From: Thiothrix nivea
GTDB taxonomy: Bacteria > Pseudomonadota > Gammaproteobacteria > Thiotrichales > Thiotrichaceae
Direction of reading: 5' to 3'
Assembly (NCBI GenBank): GCA_002746895.1
Contig: PDRT01000047.1
Span: 760 to 64,759, forward strand
DNA: 64,000 nt
The translations under genes and the position numbers were made by a program. Shown here one piece after another: positions 1 to 11,435 of this stretch. The notes beneath the pieces are model-generated. The model was not told the origin of the DNA. It searched no databases and saw only the letters and a list, made by a program, of their open reading frames with translations. Numbering within the stretch: the first letter of the stretch is position 1; each line of letters begins with the position of its first letter.

Positions 1-988
1 GTTCATGCCCCAGAACATCTAGGAAAAACATATACTCCCAATTGGTATTGCGCCCCGGTCGGGATTCAATGCGGGTCATGTCCACACCATTGTCCGCCAG
101 CGGCTTCAGGATCTGGAACAGTGACCCCGGACGGTTAGGAGTGGATACCAACAGGGAAGTCTTATCCTTGCCGCTGGCCCCGACCACCTGATCGCCAATC
201 ACCAGAAAGCGCGTGGTATTACTGGAGTTATCTTCAATCCCGGCATGAATCAGCTGCAGATTGTAAATTTGTGCCGCCTGACGCGGGCCAATCGCCACTG
301 ATTCAACATCTTCCGCACACAGGCGCGAAGCTTCACTGTTACTGTTGACTGGAATCCGCTCAACCTGCGGCAGGTGTCGGTTCAGCCACTCCCGGCATTG
401 CGCCAGCGACTGCTGGTGAGAATACACCCGTTGTACCGTGGACAAATCCGTGGTTTTCCCCATCAGATTCTGGCGGATGCGCAAACTGATCTCACCACAA
501 ATCCGCAACCCGGATTGCATAAACATATCCAGGGTATGCGTAACCACACCCTCGGTTGAATTTTCAATCGGCACGACACCATAACGCACCCGTCCCGACT
601 CCACCTCGCGAAACACCTGATCAATCGCTGATACCGGCCTGGTTGCCACCGCCTGACCAAAATGCTTTAAGGTCGCCTCTTCGGTAAACGTGCCTTGTGG
701 CCCGAGATAGGCGATACACATCGACTCCTCCAGCGCCAGACAGGAGGCAATGATCTCACGGTACAAATGCGCAACCTGCTCATTACGCAGCGGCCCCTGA
801 TTCAGTTTTTGCATCCGGGTCAGAATCTGTGCTTCCCGCTCCGGGCGATAGAATTTGGCATCAGGGTCTTCGGCCAGCTTGGTACGCGCCACCTCTTCAG
901 CGCACTGCGCCCGCTCATTCAGCAACGCCAGAATCCGGGTATCCAGCGCATCAATACGCTCACGCAATGCCAGCAGATCGTTATTCAT
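1..988 (-). CDS. pheA: Chorismate mutase/prephenate dehydratase (P-protein), 3' end truncated by window edge
   Basis: Translated by hand because it is absent from the ORF track. ATG at 988, MNNDLLALRERIDALD...AYLGPQGTFTE...GVVPIENSTEG...WEYMFFLD. The frame stays open to position 1. Follows serC as in the usual gyrA-serC-pheA order. Confidence 0.95.
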   Translation of the reverse strand, partial: MNNDLLALRERIDALDTRILALLNERAQCAEEVARTKLAEDPDAKFYRPEREAQILTRMQKLNQGPLRNEQVAHLYREIIASCLALEESMCIAYLGPQGTFTEEATLKHFGQAVATRPVSAIDQVFREVESGRVRYGVVPIENSTEGVVTHTLDMFMQSGLRICGEISLRIRQNLMGKTTDLSTVQRVYSHQQSLAQCREWLNRHLPQVERIPVNSNSEASRLCAEDVESVAIGPRQAAQIYNLQLIHAGIEDNSSNTTRFLVIGDQVVGASGKDKTSLLVSTPNRPGSLFQILKPLADNGVDMTRIESRPGRNTNWEYMFFLDVLGHE

Positions 989-1005
989 TTAATCCCCTCA
1001 CGACA

Positions 1006-2085
1006 TCAAACCCGGCGCTCAAAGTGCTGCATAAACACCACCAGCGCCTCCACACCGGCTTCCGGCATCGCATTATAAATACTGGCCCGCATACCGCCCA
1101 AATCACGGTGACCTTTTAACGCCACCAACCCCGCTGCTTCCGCCTCGGCCAGGAAACGCTGATCCAGTGCCGGATCAGCCAGTGTAAATGGTATATTCAT
1201 CCACGAGCGGCAATCTTTGCGCACCGGATTATGATAAAAATCCGACTGATCAATGGCCTGATACAACTTTTCCGCTTTACGCTGATTCACTTCAGCCATC
1301 ACCGATAAACCACCCTGCATTTTCAGCCACTGAAACACCAGTCCGGCCATATACCAGGCATAAGTCGGTGGCGTATCATACATTGAGCCGACTATGGCAT
1401 GTACAGCATAGTCAAACATCGTCGGCGTACCGGGCAGCGTGTGACCGATCAGATCATCCCGCACAATCACAATCGTCAGCCCTGCCGGGCCGATATTCTT
1501 TTGTGCGCCAGCATAAATCAGCCCGAAACGGCTGACATCCAATGGCCGCGACAACAAGGTTGAAGACATATCTGCCACCAATGGCACTTCGCCCGTCTCC
1601 GGAATCCAGCCAAATTCTACACCGCGAATGGTTTCATTAGGCGTGTAGTGCAGATACGCCGCCTCAGTATCACACTGCCAAGCCGCAAAATCCGGAATAT
1701 CAGTGAAATGACCGGCCTCGCTGCTGGCCACCACGTTTATCTTAGCGTAACGTTTTGCCTCGGCTATCGCCTTGCGCGACCAGTCCCCGGTATTGACGTA
1801 ATCCGCCTTACTGTGACCACGCAGCAGATTCATTGGAATCATTGCAAACTGGCTGCTGGCCCCACCTTGTAGGAACAACACCTGGTAATTAGCCGGAATC
1901 GCCAGTAATTCACGCAGATCGGCCTCCGCCTGTTCTGCAATTGCCGTAAACGCCTTGCCACGATGACTCATTTCCATCACCGACATGCCCGTGCCCTGCC
2001 AGTCGGTCAATTCCTGCCGCGCCTGTTCCAGCACAGCTTCCGGTAACACCGCAGGTCCGGCACTAAAATTATAGACACGGCTCAC
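1006..2085 (-). CDS. serC: Phosphoserine aminotransferase
   Basis: YNFSAGPA, MEMSHR, GAQKNIGPAG (PLP lysine), GGMRASIYNA. GTG start at 2085 just after the gyrA stop; the ORF-track extension to 2244 overlaps gyrA. Confidence 0.96.
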   Translation of the reverse strand: MSRVYNFSAGPAVLPEAVLEQARQELTDWQGTGMSVMEMSHRGKAFTAIAEQAEADLRELLAIPANYQVLFLQGGASSQFAMIPMNLLRGHSKADYVNTGDWSRKAIAEAKRYAKINVVASSEAGHFTDIPDFAAWQCDTEAAYLHYTPNETIRGVEFGWIPETGEVPLVADMSSTLLSRPLDVSRFGLIYAGAQKNIGPAGLTIVIVRDDLIGHTLPGTPTMFDYAVHAIVGSMYDTPPTYAWYMAGLVFQWLKMQGGLSVMAEVNQRKAEKLYQAIDQSDFYHNPVRKDCRSWMNIPFTLADPALDQRFLAEAEAAGLVALKGHRDLGGMRASIYNAMPEAGVEALVVFMQHFERRV

Positions 2086-2086
2086 G

Positions 2087-4732
2087 TTAATCGTCCTGTA
2101 CGGTATCGTCTGCGGCGGACGTATCTTCACCGGCTGACTGCTGTTCGGCCTTATCAGCAACTTCACTGACGGCATCCGCCTCCGAACCAGCCGCCTCTTC
2201 CTCACCAGTCTGCGGAATCGGCGCAATCTGTACCAGCTGCTCACCCGAAGTCAGCCGGATCAGTGTCACCCCCTGGGTATTGCGTCCGACCACTGAAATC
2301 TGCTTCACCTCGGTACGCACCAGCGTACCACCATTGGTGATCAACATGATTTCATCGTCCTCACACACCTGAACCGCACCGACGGCGGCACCGTTACGCT
2401 CGGAAGTCTGGATCGCGATTACTCCCATACCGCCACGGCCCTGACGGGAAAATTCATCCATGTGGGTACGTTTACCATAGCCATTTTCAGTGGCGGTGAG
2501 AATGTGGCCATCTTCACCCAGAATAATCAGCGCATTCACCGTATGCCCGTCATCCATTTTAATGCCACGCACCCCGGCAGCCGTCCGCCCCATTGGCCGA
2601 ACCGCCTTCTCATCGAAGCGAATCGCCTTGCCTGAAGAAGCAAACAGCATGACATCATTATCACCGTTAGTCAGCGCCACATCGACCAGATGATTATCAT
2701 CACGCAGATCAATGGCGATAATCCCGGCAGTCCGTGGTCGTGAGAAGTCACGCAGCGGGGTTTTCTTCACCGTACCATTTGAGGTCGCCATAAACACATA
2801 CCAGCCTTCGGCATATTCACGGATCGGCAGAATGGCATTAATCCGCTCACCCTCTTCCAGCGGCAGCAAATTCACCATCGGCCGTCCGCGTGAGTTACGG
2901 CTGGCAATCGGCAACTGATAAACTTTCAGCCAGTACATACGCCCGCGACTGGAGAAACAGAGAATAGTATCATGTGTGCTGGCAACAAACAGTTTTTCAA
3001 TGAAATCCTCTTCCTTCATGGTCGTTGCGGCCTTACCACGCCCGCCGCGCCGCTGGGCACGATAGGTATCCAGCGGCTGCGCCTTGGCATAACCGGCATG
3101 CGATAATGTCACCACCACTTCCTCATCAGCAATCAGGTCTTCCAGATTCAGATCTTCGCCAATCGGATTAATTTCAGTACGGCGCTCGTCATTAAAATCA
3201 TTGCGCAACTCGGTCAGTTCATCACGAATCACCTGCATCAGCCGCTCCGGATCAGCCAGAATATCCAGCAAATCCTCAATCCGCGCCAGCAATTCACGGT
3301 ATTCATTGAGAATCTTGTCTTTTTCCAGCCCGGTCAGGCGGTGCAGACGCAATTCCAGAATCGCCTGCGCCTGTGCTTCAGACAACCAGTATTCACCCTC
3401 ACGCAGCCCAAAATGCTCACCCAGCTCCTCCGGACGACAGGCATCTGCACCGGCACGGGTCAACATCTCACTGACAATCCCCGGATTCCAGCCCCGTGCA
3501 ATCAGCCCCTCTTTCGCAATGGCCGGACTTTCAGCATTTTTAATCAGCTGGATAATCTCGTCGATATTGGACAATGCAACGGCCAGACCTTCGAGGATAT
3601 GCGCCCGTTCCCGTGCCTTACGCAGATTATAAATGGTGCGCCGGGTCACCACTTCACGGCGATGGCGCAGGAAAGCATTCAGTACCTGATGCAGATTCAG
3701 TAACCGGGGCTGACCATCCAGCAAGGCAACCATATTGATACCGAACACACTCTGCATCTGGGTCTGCTTGTACAGATTGTTGAGCACCACCTCACCGGAT
3801 TCGCCACGCTTTAACTCAATCACCATGCGCATGCCGTCCTTATCCGACTCATCACGCAATTCGGAAATCCCTTCCAGCTTTTTGTCCTTGACCAGTTCAG
3901 CGATTTTTTCCAGCAACCTCGCCTTGTTCACCTGATACGGCAATTCGGTGACAATAATCGTCTCACGCCCGGTTTTTTCATGTGCCTCAATATCAGCACG
4001 GGCACGCACATAAATCCGTCCCTTACCAGTACGGTAGGCGTCACGAATGCCGCGTGCGCCATTGATAATGCCCGCTGTCGGAAAATCCGGCCCCGGCAGA
4101 ATTTCCATCAACTCCTCAATGGCGATGTCCGGCTTATCAATCATTGCCAGGCAGGCATTCACCACCTCGCCCAGATTATGTGGCGGAATATTGGTCGCCA
4201 TGCCCACCGCGATACCGGAGGAACCATTGACCAGCAGATTGGGCACACGGGTCGGAAAGACAGACGGCTCACTTTCGGAACCATCATAATTATCAACAAA
4301 ATCAACCGTTTCCTTGTCAATGTCCGCCATTAACTCATGAGCGATTTTCGACATGCGGATTTCGGTATAACGCATTGCAGCTGGAGCATCACCGTCCACC
4401 GAACCGAAGTTACCCTGACCATCAACCAGCATGTAACGCAGCGAAAACGGCTGTGCCATACGTACTACGGTATCGTAGACTGCGGTGTCGCCGTGCGGGT
4501 GATATTTACCGATAACATCACCGACAATACGTGCTGATTTCTTATAGGGCTTATTCCAGTCGTTATTCAGTTCACCCATCGCGTACAAGGCTCGCCTGTG
4601 CACCGGTTTCAGGCCATCACGGGCATCAGGCAGGGCGCGTCCGACGATCACACTCATCGCATAGTCCAGATAAGACTGGCGCATTTCATCTTCGAGATTG
4701 ACCGAGAGAATTTCCTTGGCGAAGTCAGCCAT
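2087..4732 (-). CDS. gyrA: DNA gyrase subunit A
   Basis: [42 protein letters not shown], GyrA-box QRRGGRG, acidic tail. Confidence 0.99.
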   Translation of the reverse strand: MADFAKEILSVNLEDEMRQSYLDYAMSVIVGRALPDARDGLKPVHRRALYAMGELNNDWNKPYKKSARIVGDVIGKYHPHGDTAVYDTVVRMAQPFSLRYMLVDGQGNFGSVDGDAPAAMRYTEIRMSKIAHELMADIDKETVDFVDNYDGSESEPSVFPTRVPNLLVNGSSGIAVGMATNIPPHNLGEVVNACLAMIDKPDIAIEELMEILPGPDFPTAGIINGARGIRDAYRTGKGRIYVRARADIEAHEKTGRETIIVTELPYQVNKARLLEKIAELVKDKKLEGISELRDESDKDGMRMVIELKRGESGEVVLNNLYKQTQMQSVFGINMVALLDGQPRLLNLHQVLNAFLRHRREVVTRRTIYNLRKARERAHILEGLAVALSNIDEIIQLIKNAESPAIAKEGLIARGWNPGIVSEMLTRAGADACRPEELGEHFGLREGEYWLSEAQAQAILELRLHRLTGLEKDKILNEYRELLARIEDLLDILADPERLMQVIRDELTELRNDFNDERRTEINPIGEDLNLEDLIADEEVVVTLSHAGYAKAQPLDTYRAQRRGGRGKAATTMKEEDFIEKLFVASTHDTILCFSSRGRMYWLKVYQLPIASRNSRGRPMVNLLPLEEGERINAILPIREYAEGWYVFMATSNGTVKKTPLRDFSRPRTAGIIAIDLRDDNHLVDVALTNGDNDVMLFASSGKAIRFDEKAVRPMGRTAAGVRGIKMDDGHTVNALIILGEDGHILTATENGYGKRTHMDEFSRQGRGGMGVIAIQTSERNGAAVGAVQVCEDDEIMLITNGGTLVRTEVKQISVVGRNTQGVTLIRLTSGEQLVQIAPIPQTGEEEAAGSEADAVSEVADKAEQQSAGEDTSAADDTVQDD

Positions 4733-4767
4733 ATTTTTCGTTGTTCCGCAGCTAAAAGAATCCGCGA

Positions 4768-4776
4768 ATTATACCA
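4768..4776 (-). promoter_or_regulatory. Putative extended -10 sigma70 promoter of gyrA
   Basis: Minus strand TGgTATAAT about 35 nt upstream of the gyrA ATG. Confidence 0.55.
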
Positions 4777-4920
4777 GAAAAACAGGGGGTATGCGCACCC
4801 GTGATCGATTAACCCGGGCAGTGTTGTTCAGCTGAATTTATTGGGTATAACTTTAATTTCTCATTAAACAAACTGTGTTACAGTAAGCTGCTGAACTTAC
4901 TGAATAAGAACAATAAAATT

Positions 4921-7656
4921 ATGAGCACAGAGCAAGCATCGTTACTTGAAAAAATTAAGGGCAACCGGTTTCTGACCACCGGAGACCGGGAGAGTATCAT
5001 TGAAACCATTGATACGCTAAATGCCAGCCTGCACGAAGCTCAGCAACAGATTAAACAGCTGTCCACCCGCCTGCACAACCGTGACTCTGTCATTGAGGAT
5101 CTGGAACACGCACTCGCCAAACGCGAACAATTACTGCACAACAAAGAAGAAGTCCTGCAGAAAACGCATATCGAGGAAAACGGCTATCAGGAAAAATTCC
5201 TGCAGTTTGAAGGCCGGTTGCAGGAACGTGATCGCGTTATTCAGGATCGTGATCAGACCATCCGCGAACGTGACGAATTGATGCGTGTACTGGAAAAACG
5301 TCTGCTGGATATGGAGCAGAACGTCCATTACAGCGAAAAGAATCTGCGTGAACGCGAAGAACAGATCAAACAGCGTGACCGTCAGCTGGAAGAAAAAGAA
5401 CGCCATCTGGACAAGCGCGACCGCGAGCTGGAAAACCGCGACAAGCAACTTGGCAAGCGTGACCACTCGCTACAGGACTATGCTCGCCAGGTCCATGAAC
5501 TTAACCAGTGGATCAATGAAAAACAAAAACAAAGCCACGAACAGGAACAACTGCTGAATGAACGTGATCAGCAAATCAGTGTCCGTGACCAACAGCTGCT
5601 GGAACGTGAGAAGCTGATCACCCAGCTCAATCAGCGCCTGGAAAGCCTGGAAACCTTACAGCACAAGCACGAAAAAGTTATTGAGCAGCACGAAGAACAA
5701 TTACGCCAACGTGACCGCCTGATTGAAGAAAGGATTGAACAGCACAGCAGCACCAATGAACAGCTGGCCGAACACACCCGGATTCTGCATGAGAAAGAAC
5801 AGAATACGCTGAAACATGAACACCTGTTGCGTCAGCGCGATGACCTGATTCAGGAGAAAGACCGCCAGATACAGGCACGTGATCAAATCATTGCCAGTCA
5901 CGAGGAGCAGCTACAACGGCGCGAAGAACAGATTAATGCCCAGTTTGTACAGCTTCAGGAACGGGATCAGGAAATTGCCTGTCGCGACAAACAGATGACG
6001 CAGTTACAAACGCAGCTGGAAACACTGGGAGAAACCCAGCTGCAGCAACAGCGGACCTTTGATGAACAAAGCCGCGATTTCAGCGAACTGCATCAGACGG
6101 TGAAAGATAAAGATGCCCACATCAGCCAGCTCCATCAACAGCTGCAGAAAAAGTCCACCATCATTCAGCAACAGGAGGCACAACTACACCAGCAATCAAC
6201 ACTGGCTCAGGAACAGGAAGCCTTGTTGCTGAAAAAAGAAACCGCCACACAGGAACGGGAAAAACAGATCAATGAGCAAACGACCTTGCAACAGCAACAT
6301 GAGCAGATCCTGCTGCAACGCGAACAACAGCTGAGCGAGCAGGAAACCGCCCTGCTGAAACATGAACAACAACTGACGGAGCACAGCCAGACCTTCAGCG
6401 AGCGGGAAATCCGGCTGGCACAACGTGAACAGGGTATTGCCGCCACAGAACAGTTGATGACAGAACAACTCGGCCTTCTGCAACAACGACTGGAAGCGGA
6501 AGAACAACAGCAGCAGGATCGCCATGAAACCTTCTACCACCAGCTGGGAGAACACAAGACGACCTACGAAACCGCAATCAGCACCCAGAACGAACAGCTG
6601 CAGGAACATTTTGCACAGAGTATGGCACAGATCCGAAAGACGCTGCATAAAACCGGCGAAAACTGGCAACAACGGCTGGACCAGAGCCAGCAGGCTATTC
6701 TGGATAAACAACAACAGCTGAGTGAAGACCACATACAATCTCTGGGCACACACATGGAAAAAGCACATGCCGAAACCCAGCAGCAACACAGCGATCTGCA
6801 ACGTCAAATCAAGCTGATCTCCAGAATGGTCGAAGCCGCCACCCATGAACAAAATAATTTGCTGCAGGAAAAACTGACATTGATTAACGGCCAGCTGGAT
6901 GCCTCGGCACAAACCAAAGAGCTGGCAGAACAACAAACGACACAGCTGAGTACACAACTTGAGCAGATCAGCCAGCAACTGACAGCCACTCAAGAAAACA
7001 GTGCCTCACAGCAACACAGCGAACAAGTTCTCGCACAGCTGCATGAGCTGCAGGAACAATTCGCCAAAACCGGCCAGGCGGATCAACAATTATTGCAACA
7101 AGGTACTGCACTGGCCAAAGGTCTTCATCAGTCACAAAACTTCTTCGAACACATGGCAGCCGAATTACAAAAGGCAGATCAACAACTGCAAGAGCAGTTG
7201 GTCACGCTCACGGAACAGTCCGACCAGGCACATGACCTGTCGAAACAGGCACAAAACACTTATCAGCAACTACTGGAACGCTTCTCTGCCCTCACGGAGC
7301 AACTCGGCCAGACCCAGGTACTGTCAAAACAGGCTCAAGTAGCAGATCAGCAGATTATCACCAGCCTGGACAAGCTGAGTAACCAACAGAAACAGGAAGA
7401 GCAACTGAACACACAGCTAAGACAGGATCATCAGACACTGCATCAGCAACTCAGTCAGCTGAAAAGCGACTTGCAGCAACTGGCCAAAAATGCCAATCAG
7501 ACAGCCAAACTGATTAATGCGGAAAAAGTCATCCAGCTCAAGGAACGGATGATTGAACAACTGAACCAGCAGGTATCCGTTAAGAACCGGGCACTGCTGC
7601 AAAAGGATGAAGCTCTGCAAAAACTGGGGGAACGCCTGAAACACCTGCAGCGGTGA
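4921..7656 (+). CDS. Very long Gln/Glu-rich coiled-coil protein of unknown function
   Basis: 911-aa ORF with heptad repeats (LQERDRV-IQDRDQT-IRERDEL...). No Pro, TM segment, signal peptide or ATPase motif seen. Confidence 0.85.
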   Translation: MSTEQASLLEKIKGNRFLTTGDRESIIETIDTLNASLHEAQQQIKQLSTRLHNRDSVIEDLEHALAKREQLLHNKEEVLQKTHIEENGYQEKFLQFEGRLQERDRVIQDRDQTIRERDELMRVLEKRLLDMEQNVHYSEKNLREREEQIKQRDRQLEEKERHLDKRDRELENRDKQLGKRDHSLQDYARQVHELNQWINEKQKQSHEQEQLLNERDQQISVRDQQLLEREKLITQLNQRLESLETLQHKHEKVIEQHEEQLRQRDRLIEERIEQHSSTNEQLAEHTRILHEKEQNTLKHEHLLRQRDDLIQEKDRQIQARDQIIASHEEQLQRREEQINAQFVQLQERDQEIACRDKQMTQLQTQLETLGETQLQQQRTFDEQSRDFSELHQTVKDKDAHISQLHQQLQKKSTIIQQQEAQLHQQSTLAQEQEALLLKKETATQEREKQINEQTTLQQQHEQILLQREQQLSEQETALLKHEQQLTEHSQTFSEREIRLAQREQGIAATEQLMTEQLGLLQQRLEAEEQQQQDRHETFYHQLGEHKTTYETAISTQNEQLQEHFAQSMAQIRKTLHKTGENWQQRLDQSQQAILDKQQQLSEDHIQSLGTHMEKAHAETQQQHSDLQRQIKLISRMVEAATHEQNNLLQEKLTLINGQLDASAQTKELAEQQTTQLSTQLEQISQQLTATQENSASQQHSEQVLAQLHELQEQFAKTGQADQQLLQQGTALAKGLHQSQNFFEHMAAELQKADQQLQEQLVTLTEQSDQAHDLSKQAQNTYQQLLERFSALTEQLGQTQVLSKQAQVADQQIITSLDKLSNQQKQEEQLNTQLRQDHQTLHQQLSQLKSDLQQLAKNANQTAKLINAEKVIQLKERMIEQLNQQVSVKNRALLQKDEALQKLGERLKHLQR

Positions 7657-7711
7657 TCCCGTGATGGAAGACGGGGAACTGTAAAAAAAAGCAGAACCCA
7701 GGCTGCCGGAT

Positions 7712-8770
7712 TCAGTATGAACGACTGAGAGCAATGCTCAGCAGTTTGGACGTGACATCGACCACCGGAATCACACTTTCATAAGGCATACGTTTAGGGC
7801 CGATGACCCCCAGTACGCCGAGCTGATCATCTCCTATGGTGTAGGGTGCAGTCACCAGACTACAGTCGCCGAATACTTCATAACCGGACTCACTGCCGAT
7901 AAAAATCTGTACCCCTTCCGCCTGAATACTTTTATCCAGTAATTCCAGCATATCGCGTTTACGGGTAAAGGCACTGAACAGCTCACGCAGCTTGTCGATA
8001 TCCGACAAATCATCATAACTCATCAGGTTGGTTTCACCCGCAATGACATAATCTTCTTCACTACCACTGCCGATATCAGCAAAAGCCATCTCACCCAGTT
8101 CAATCGCCGACAGCATCAGGGCATCCATTTCCCGGCGGTGCTGACGCATTTCATCCAGCAGTGTCTGGCGGGCGGACTGCACATCCTTGCCGACCAGACA
8201 TTCATTGAGAAAGTTGGCAGCCTGCTGCAACTCCGGAGCAGCAATATCCTTTTCCAGCTGAATAATCCGGTTCTGTACTTCATTGCGGCTCAGCACCAGA
8301 ATCACCAGCACCTGTTTTTCACTCAGGCGCAGAAATTCCACCTGGCGGATTGCAGCAGGAGCATGCCGTGGAATCGTAACCAGTCCGGTCAATGAGGTGA
8401 CTCTGGATAACAGAGTAGAAGCCGACTGCACCAGTGTAGTGGTGTCCTGACCGGCATTGAGCTGGCCTTGTAAGTGATCCAGCGCCACCGCTTCCAGCGG
8501 TTTGACCTGAACCAGTGAATCAACAAACAACCGATAGCCCTGTGAAGTGGGAATGCGCCCGGCGGAAGTATGCGGTGCGCGAATATAACCGGCTTCCTCA
8601 AGATCCGCCATCACATTACGGATGGTTGCAGCACTCAGCGACAAGCCGCTGCGTTTGGCCAGTGTCCGTGAACCGACCGGAATACCATCCTGGATGTAGC
8701 CCTCAACCAGAACTTTCAGAATGTGCTGGGCACGCTCTGTCAGTGTTTCCGGTTGTCTATCAGTTGTCAT
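7712..8770 (-). CDS. hrcA: Heat-inducible transcription repressor HrcA
   Basis: PVGSRTL, SAATIRNVMADLE, PHTSAGRIPT, GVLGVIGPKRMPY. Confidence 0.97.
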   Translation of the reverse strand: MTTDRQPETLTERAQHILKVLVEGYIQDGIPVGSRTLAKRSGLSLSAATIRNVMADLEEAGYIRAPHTSAGRIPTSQGYRLFVDSLVQVKPLEAVALDHLQGQLNAGQDTTTLVQSASTLLSRVTSLTGLVTIPRHAPAAIRQVEFLRLSEKQVLVILVLSRNEVQNRIIQLEKDIAAPELQQAANFLNECLVGKDVQSARQTLLDEMRQHRREMDALMLSAIELGEMAFADIGSGSEEDYVIAGETNLMSYDDLSDIDKLRELFSAFTRKRDMLELLDKSIQAEGVQIFIGSESGYEVFGDCSLVTAPYTIGDDQLGVLGVIGPKRMPYESVIPVVDVTSKLLSIALSRSY

Positions 8771-8904
8771 GGCCTCAGCTCTCCGAACTTATTGATTATT
8801 TTGGAAATCGCAGATATTTATACAGGCTGGGTGTCATCCACGTATACTCATATACCATACACACACTTAAATTAAACGACCATCAGTGACAGGCAGAACA
8901 TACC

Positions 8905-9771
8905 ATGAATCCATTCTCGACTATCGGAATCTTCTCCAAACGGAATGGCGACGCTGTTACCTCAACCCTGCAGGTGTTATATCAGTTTCTGCTGGAACGC
9001 GGTAGTCATGTGCTGGCTTCTCGTCCGGCGGCAAGGATTCTTCACCTGGAGGCCACCGATGATCAGCAGATTGCACGTCAGGCGGATCTGGCAATTGTGG
9101 TCGGGGGTGACGGCACCTTGCTCAATGCAGGTCGCCTGCTTGCGCCTTATAACCTGCCGATGATCGGGGTGAATCTGGGACGACTGGGCTTTTTGGTTGA
9201 TGTTTCACCTGTGGAAATGACCAGCCAGCTGAGCGAGATTTTTCAGGGCCATTATCACGAGGAACAACGCTGCCTGCTGTACGCCGAAATCTATCGTGAC
9301 GGCCAATTACTGGGTGAAGGTACCGCGCTCAATGATATTGTATTGCACTCGCGTAATGAAATCCGCATGATTGAATTCACCACTTTTATTGACAGCACTT
9401 TTGTCACCACCCAGCGGGCGGACGGTATGATAATTTCCACTCCCACTGGTTCCACAGCCTATGCCCTATCCAGTGGCGGCCCAATACTGCACCCCTCGCT
9501 GGATGCGACGATTCTGGTGCCGATTTGCCCGCATACCCTGAGCAGCCGCCCACTGGTCATCAGCAATAACAGTACCATTGAAATCAGTTTGTGCCGCCAG
9601 CGCCGGGTGGACTCACGGGTTTCGTTTGACGGCCATCATAATATTGAACTGATTTCCGGTGACCGCATCGTGATTCAGTCCTATCAGGAAAAGATGCACC
9701 TGTTGCATCCACCGAATTATGATTATTACCAGATACTGCGTTCAAAATTACACTGGGGAACACAACCGTAA
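8905..9771 (+). CDS. nadK: NAD kinase
   Basis: GGDGTLL, GVNLGRLGFL, STPTGSTAYALS. Confidence 0.97.
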   Translation: MNPFSTIGIFSKRNGDAVTSTLQVLYQFLLERGSHVLASRPAARILHLEATDDQQIARQADLAIVVGGDGTLLNAGRLLAPYNLPMIGVNLGRLGFLVDVSPVEMTSQLSEIFQGHYHEEQRCLLYAEIYRDGQLLGEGTALNDIVLHSRNEIRMIEFTTFIDSTFVTTQRADGMIISTPTGSTAYALSSGGPILHPSLDATILVPICPHTLSSRPLVISNNSTIEISLCRQRRVDSRVSFDGHHNIELISGDRIVIQSYQEKMHLLHPPNYDYYQILRSKLHWGTQP

Positions 9772-11435
9772 TGCTGACCCACATTCACATCCGGAACTTT
9801 GCCATTATTGATGAGCTGGATCTTGAATTACAGCCGGGCATGACCGCACTGACTGGCGAAACCGGTGCAGGAAAATCCATTCTGCTGGATGCCATTGGTC
9901 TGGTGCTTGGTGACAAGGCGGACAGCAGCACCATCCGCCACGGTGCCAAAAAAGCGGAAATCACCCTCACAGTCGATATCCATCACACCCCGCACGCCCG
10001 GCAATGGCTGGAAGCACAGTCACTGGACAATGAGGACGAGGAATGTATTCTGCGCCGGGTGATTGCAGCCACTGGCAAGTCCCGCGCCTTTATCAATGGC
10101 TCCCCCGTCACCTTGGCCCTGATCCGCGAACTGGGTGAACAGATGGTCGATATTCATGGTCAGCACGAACACCAGTCACTGATGAAAAAAGAGGCCCAGC
10201 GACAGATGCTGGATGACTTCGCTGACAATGAAAAGCTGCTGGAAACCACACAGCGTCACTGGAAACACTGGAAACAGCTGGACGAACGCCTGCATACCCT
10301 GAGCAGCGAAAATCAGCAGCATCAGGAACGCATTGATCTATTACGTTTTCAAAGCCAGGAACTGGAAAATCTGGCGCTGGCAACGGGCGAATTACTCAGC
10401 CTGGATGAAGAGCTCAACCGGCTGGCTAACGCCGAACAGCTGCAAACGGTCAGTGAACAGAGTTACCAGCAGCTTTACGAAGCGGAACCATCATTGTATT
10501 CATCGCTGAACCAGCAAATTCAGCATCTTACTCCGCTAACCACACTGGATAGCCGACTGGAAGCGCCACTGGAATTAATGAACAGCGCCCAGATCCAGCT
10601 ACAGGAGGCCGCCTACCTGTTGCGTGACTATATCCGCGAACCGGAGCTCGACCCGCAACGCCTGCAATGGGTGGAAGCACGTATCGCCGAAATCCGCACC
10701 ATTGCCCGCAAGCACCGCATAGAACCGGAACAGCTTACGGATCATCTGGCTCAGCTACAGGCAGAGCTGAAAACACTGGAAAGCGATGACTACGATATTG
10801 ACGCTGTGCAACAACAACGGGATCAGGCTGCGGATGAATACCGTCAACAGGTACAGAAACTTTCGGCCAGACGCTGGAAGGCTGCAAAAAAACTCTCATC
10901 GGGCGTAAGTAAAGCCATGCAGGAACTGGGAATGCAGGGTGGACATTTTGAAATTCAGGTCAACCACGATAAGCACAGCTTTTCCCCTTACGGCCAGGAT
11001 CAGATTGAATTTATGGTCAGTGCCAATCCGGGGCAGCCACTGAAACCTCTGACGAAAGTGGCATCCGGTGGTGAATTATCCCGGATCAGTCTGGCAATCC
11101 AGATGATTGCCGCCCAGAAACTCACCCTGCCCGCTTTGATTTTTGATGAAGTCGATACCGGGATTGGTGGTGGTACTGCCGAAGTCGTCGGTCGTCAGTT
11201 ACGCACACTGAGCCATAACCGCCAGGTTTTATGTGTCACGCACCTGCCACAGGTCGCCTCACAGGCGCACCAGCATTATTTAATCCGGAAAAATAAGGCA
11301 AAAACATCAACCAGCACGGCTATCACTCAACTGGATCACCAGAGCCGGATTGAGGAGATTGCCCGCATGATCGGCGGCATTGAGCTCACGGATGCAACCC
11401 GCACCCTGGCCGCAGAAATGCTGCACATGGATTAA
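9771..11435 (+). CDS. recN: DNA repair protein RecN
   Basis: TGETGAGKS, IHGQHEHQ, ASGGELSR, IFDEVDTG. TAATG coupling with nadK. Confidence 0.98.
   Translation: MLTHIHIRNFAIIDELDLELQPGMTALTGETGAGKSILLDAIGLVLGDKADSSTIRHGAKKAEITLTVDIHHTPHARQWLEAQSLDNEDEECILRRVIAATGKSRAFINGSPVTLALIRELGEQMVDIHGQHEHQSLMKKEAQRQMLDDFADNEKLLETTQRHWKHWKQLDERLHTLSSENQQHQERIDLLRFQSQELENLALATGELLSLDEELNRLANAEQLQTVSEQSYQQLYEAEPSLYSSLNQQIQHLTPLTTLDSRLEAPLELMNSAQIQLQEAAYLLRDYIREPELDPQRLQWVEARIAEIRTIARKHRIEPEQLTDHLAQLQAELKTLESDDYDIDAVQQQRDQAADEYRQQVQKLSARRWKAAKKLSSGVSKAMQELGMQGGHFEIQVNHDKHSFSPYGQDQIEFMVSANPGQPLKPLTKVASGGELSRISLAIQMIAAQKLTLPALIFDEVDTGIGGGTAEVVGRQLRTLSHNRQVLCVTHLPQVASQAHQHYLIRKNKAKTSTSTAITQLDHQSRIEEIARMIGGIELTDATRTLAAEMLHMD

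Noticed and set aside
4921-7656. SMC/SbcC annotation for the coiled-coil protein
   Set aside because: No Walker A/B, signature motif, hinge or zinc hook.
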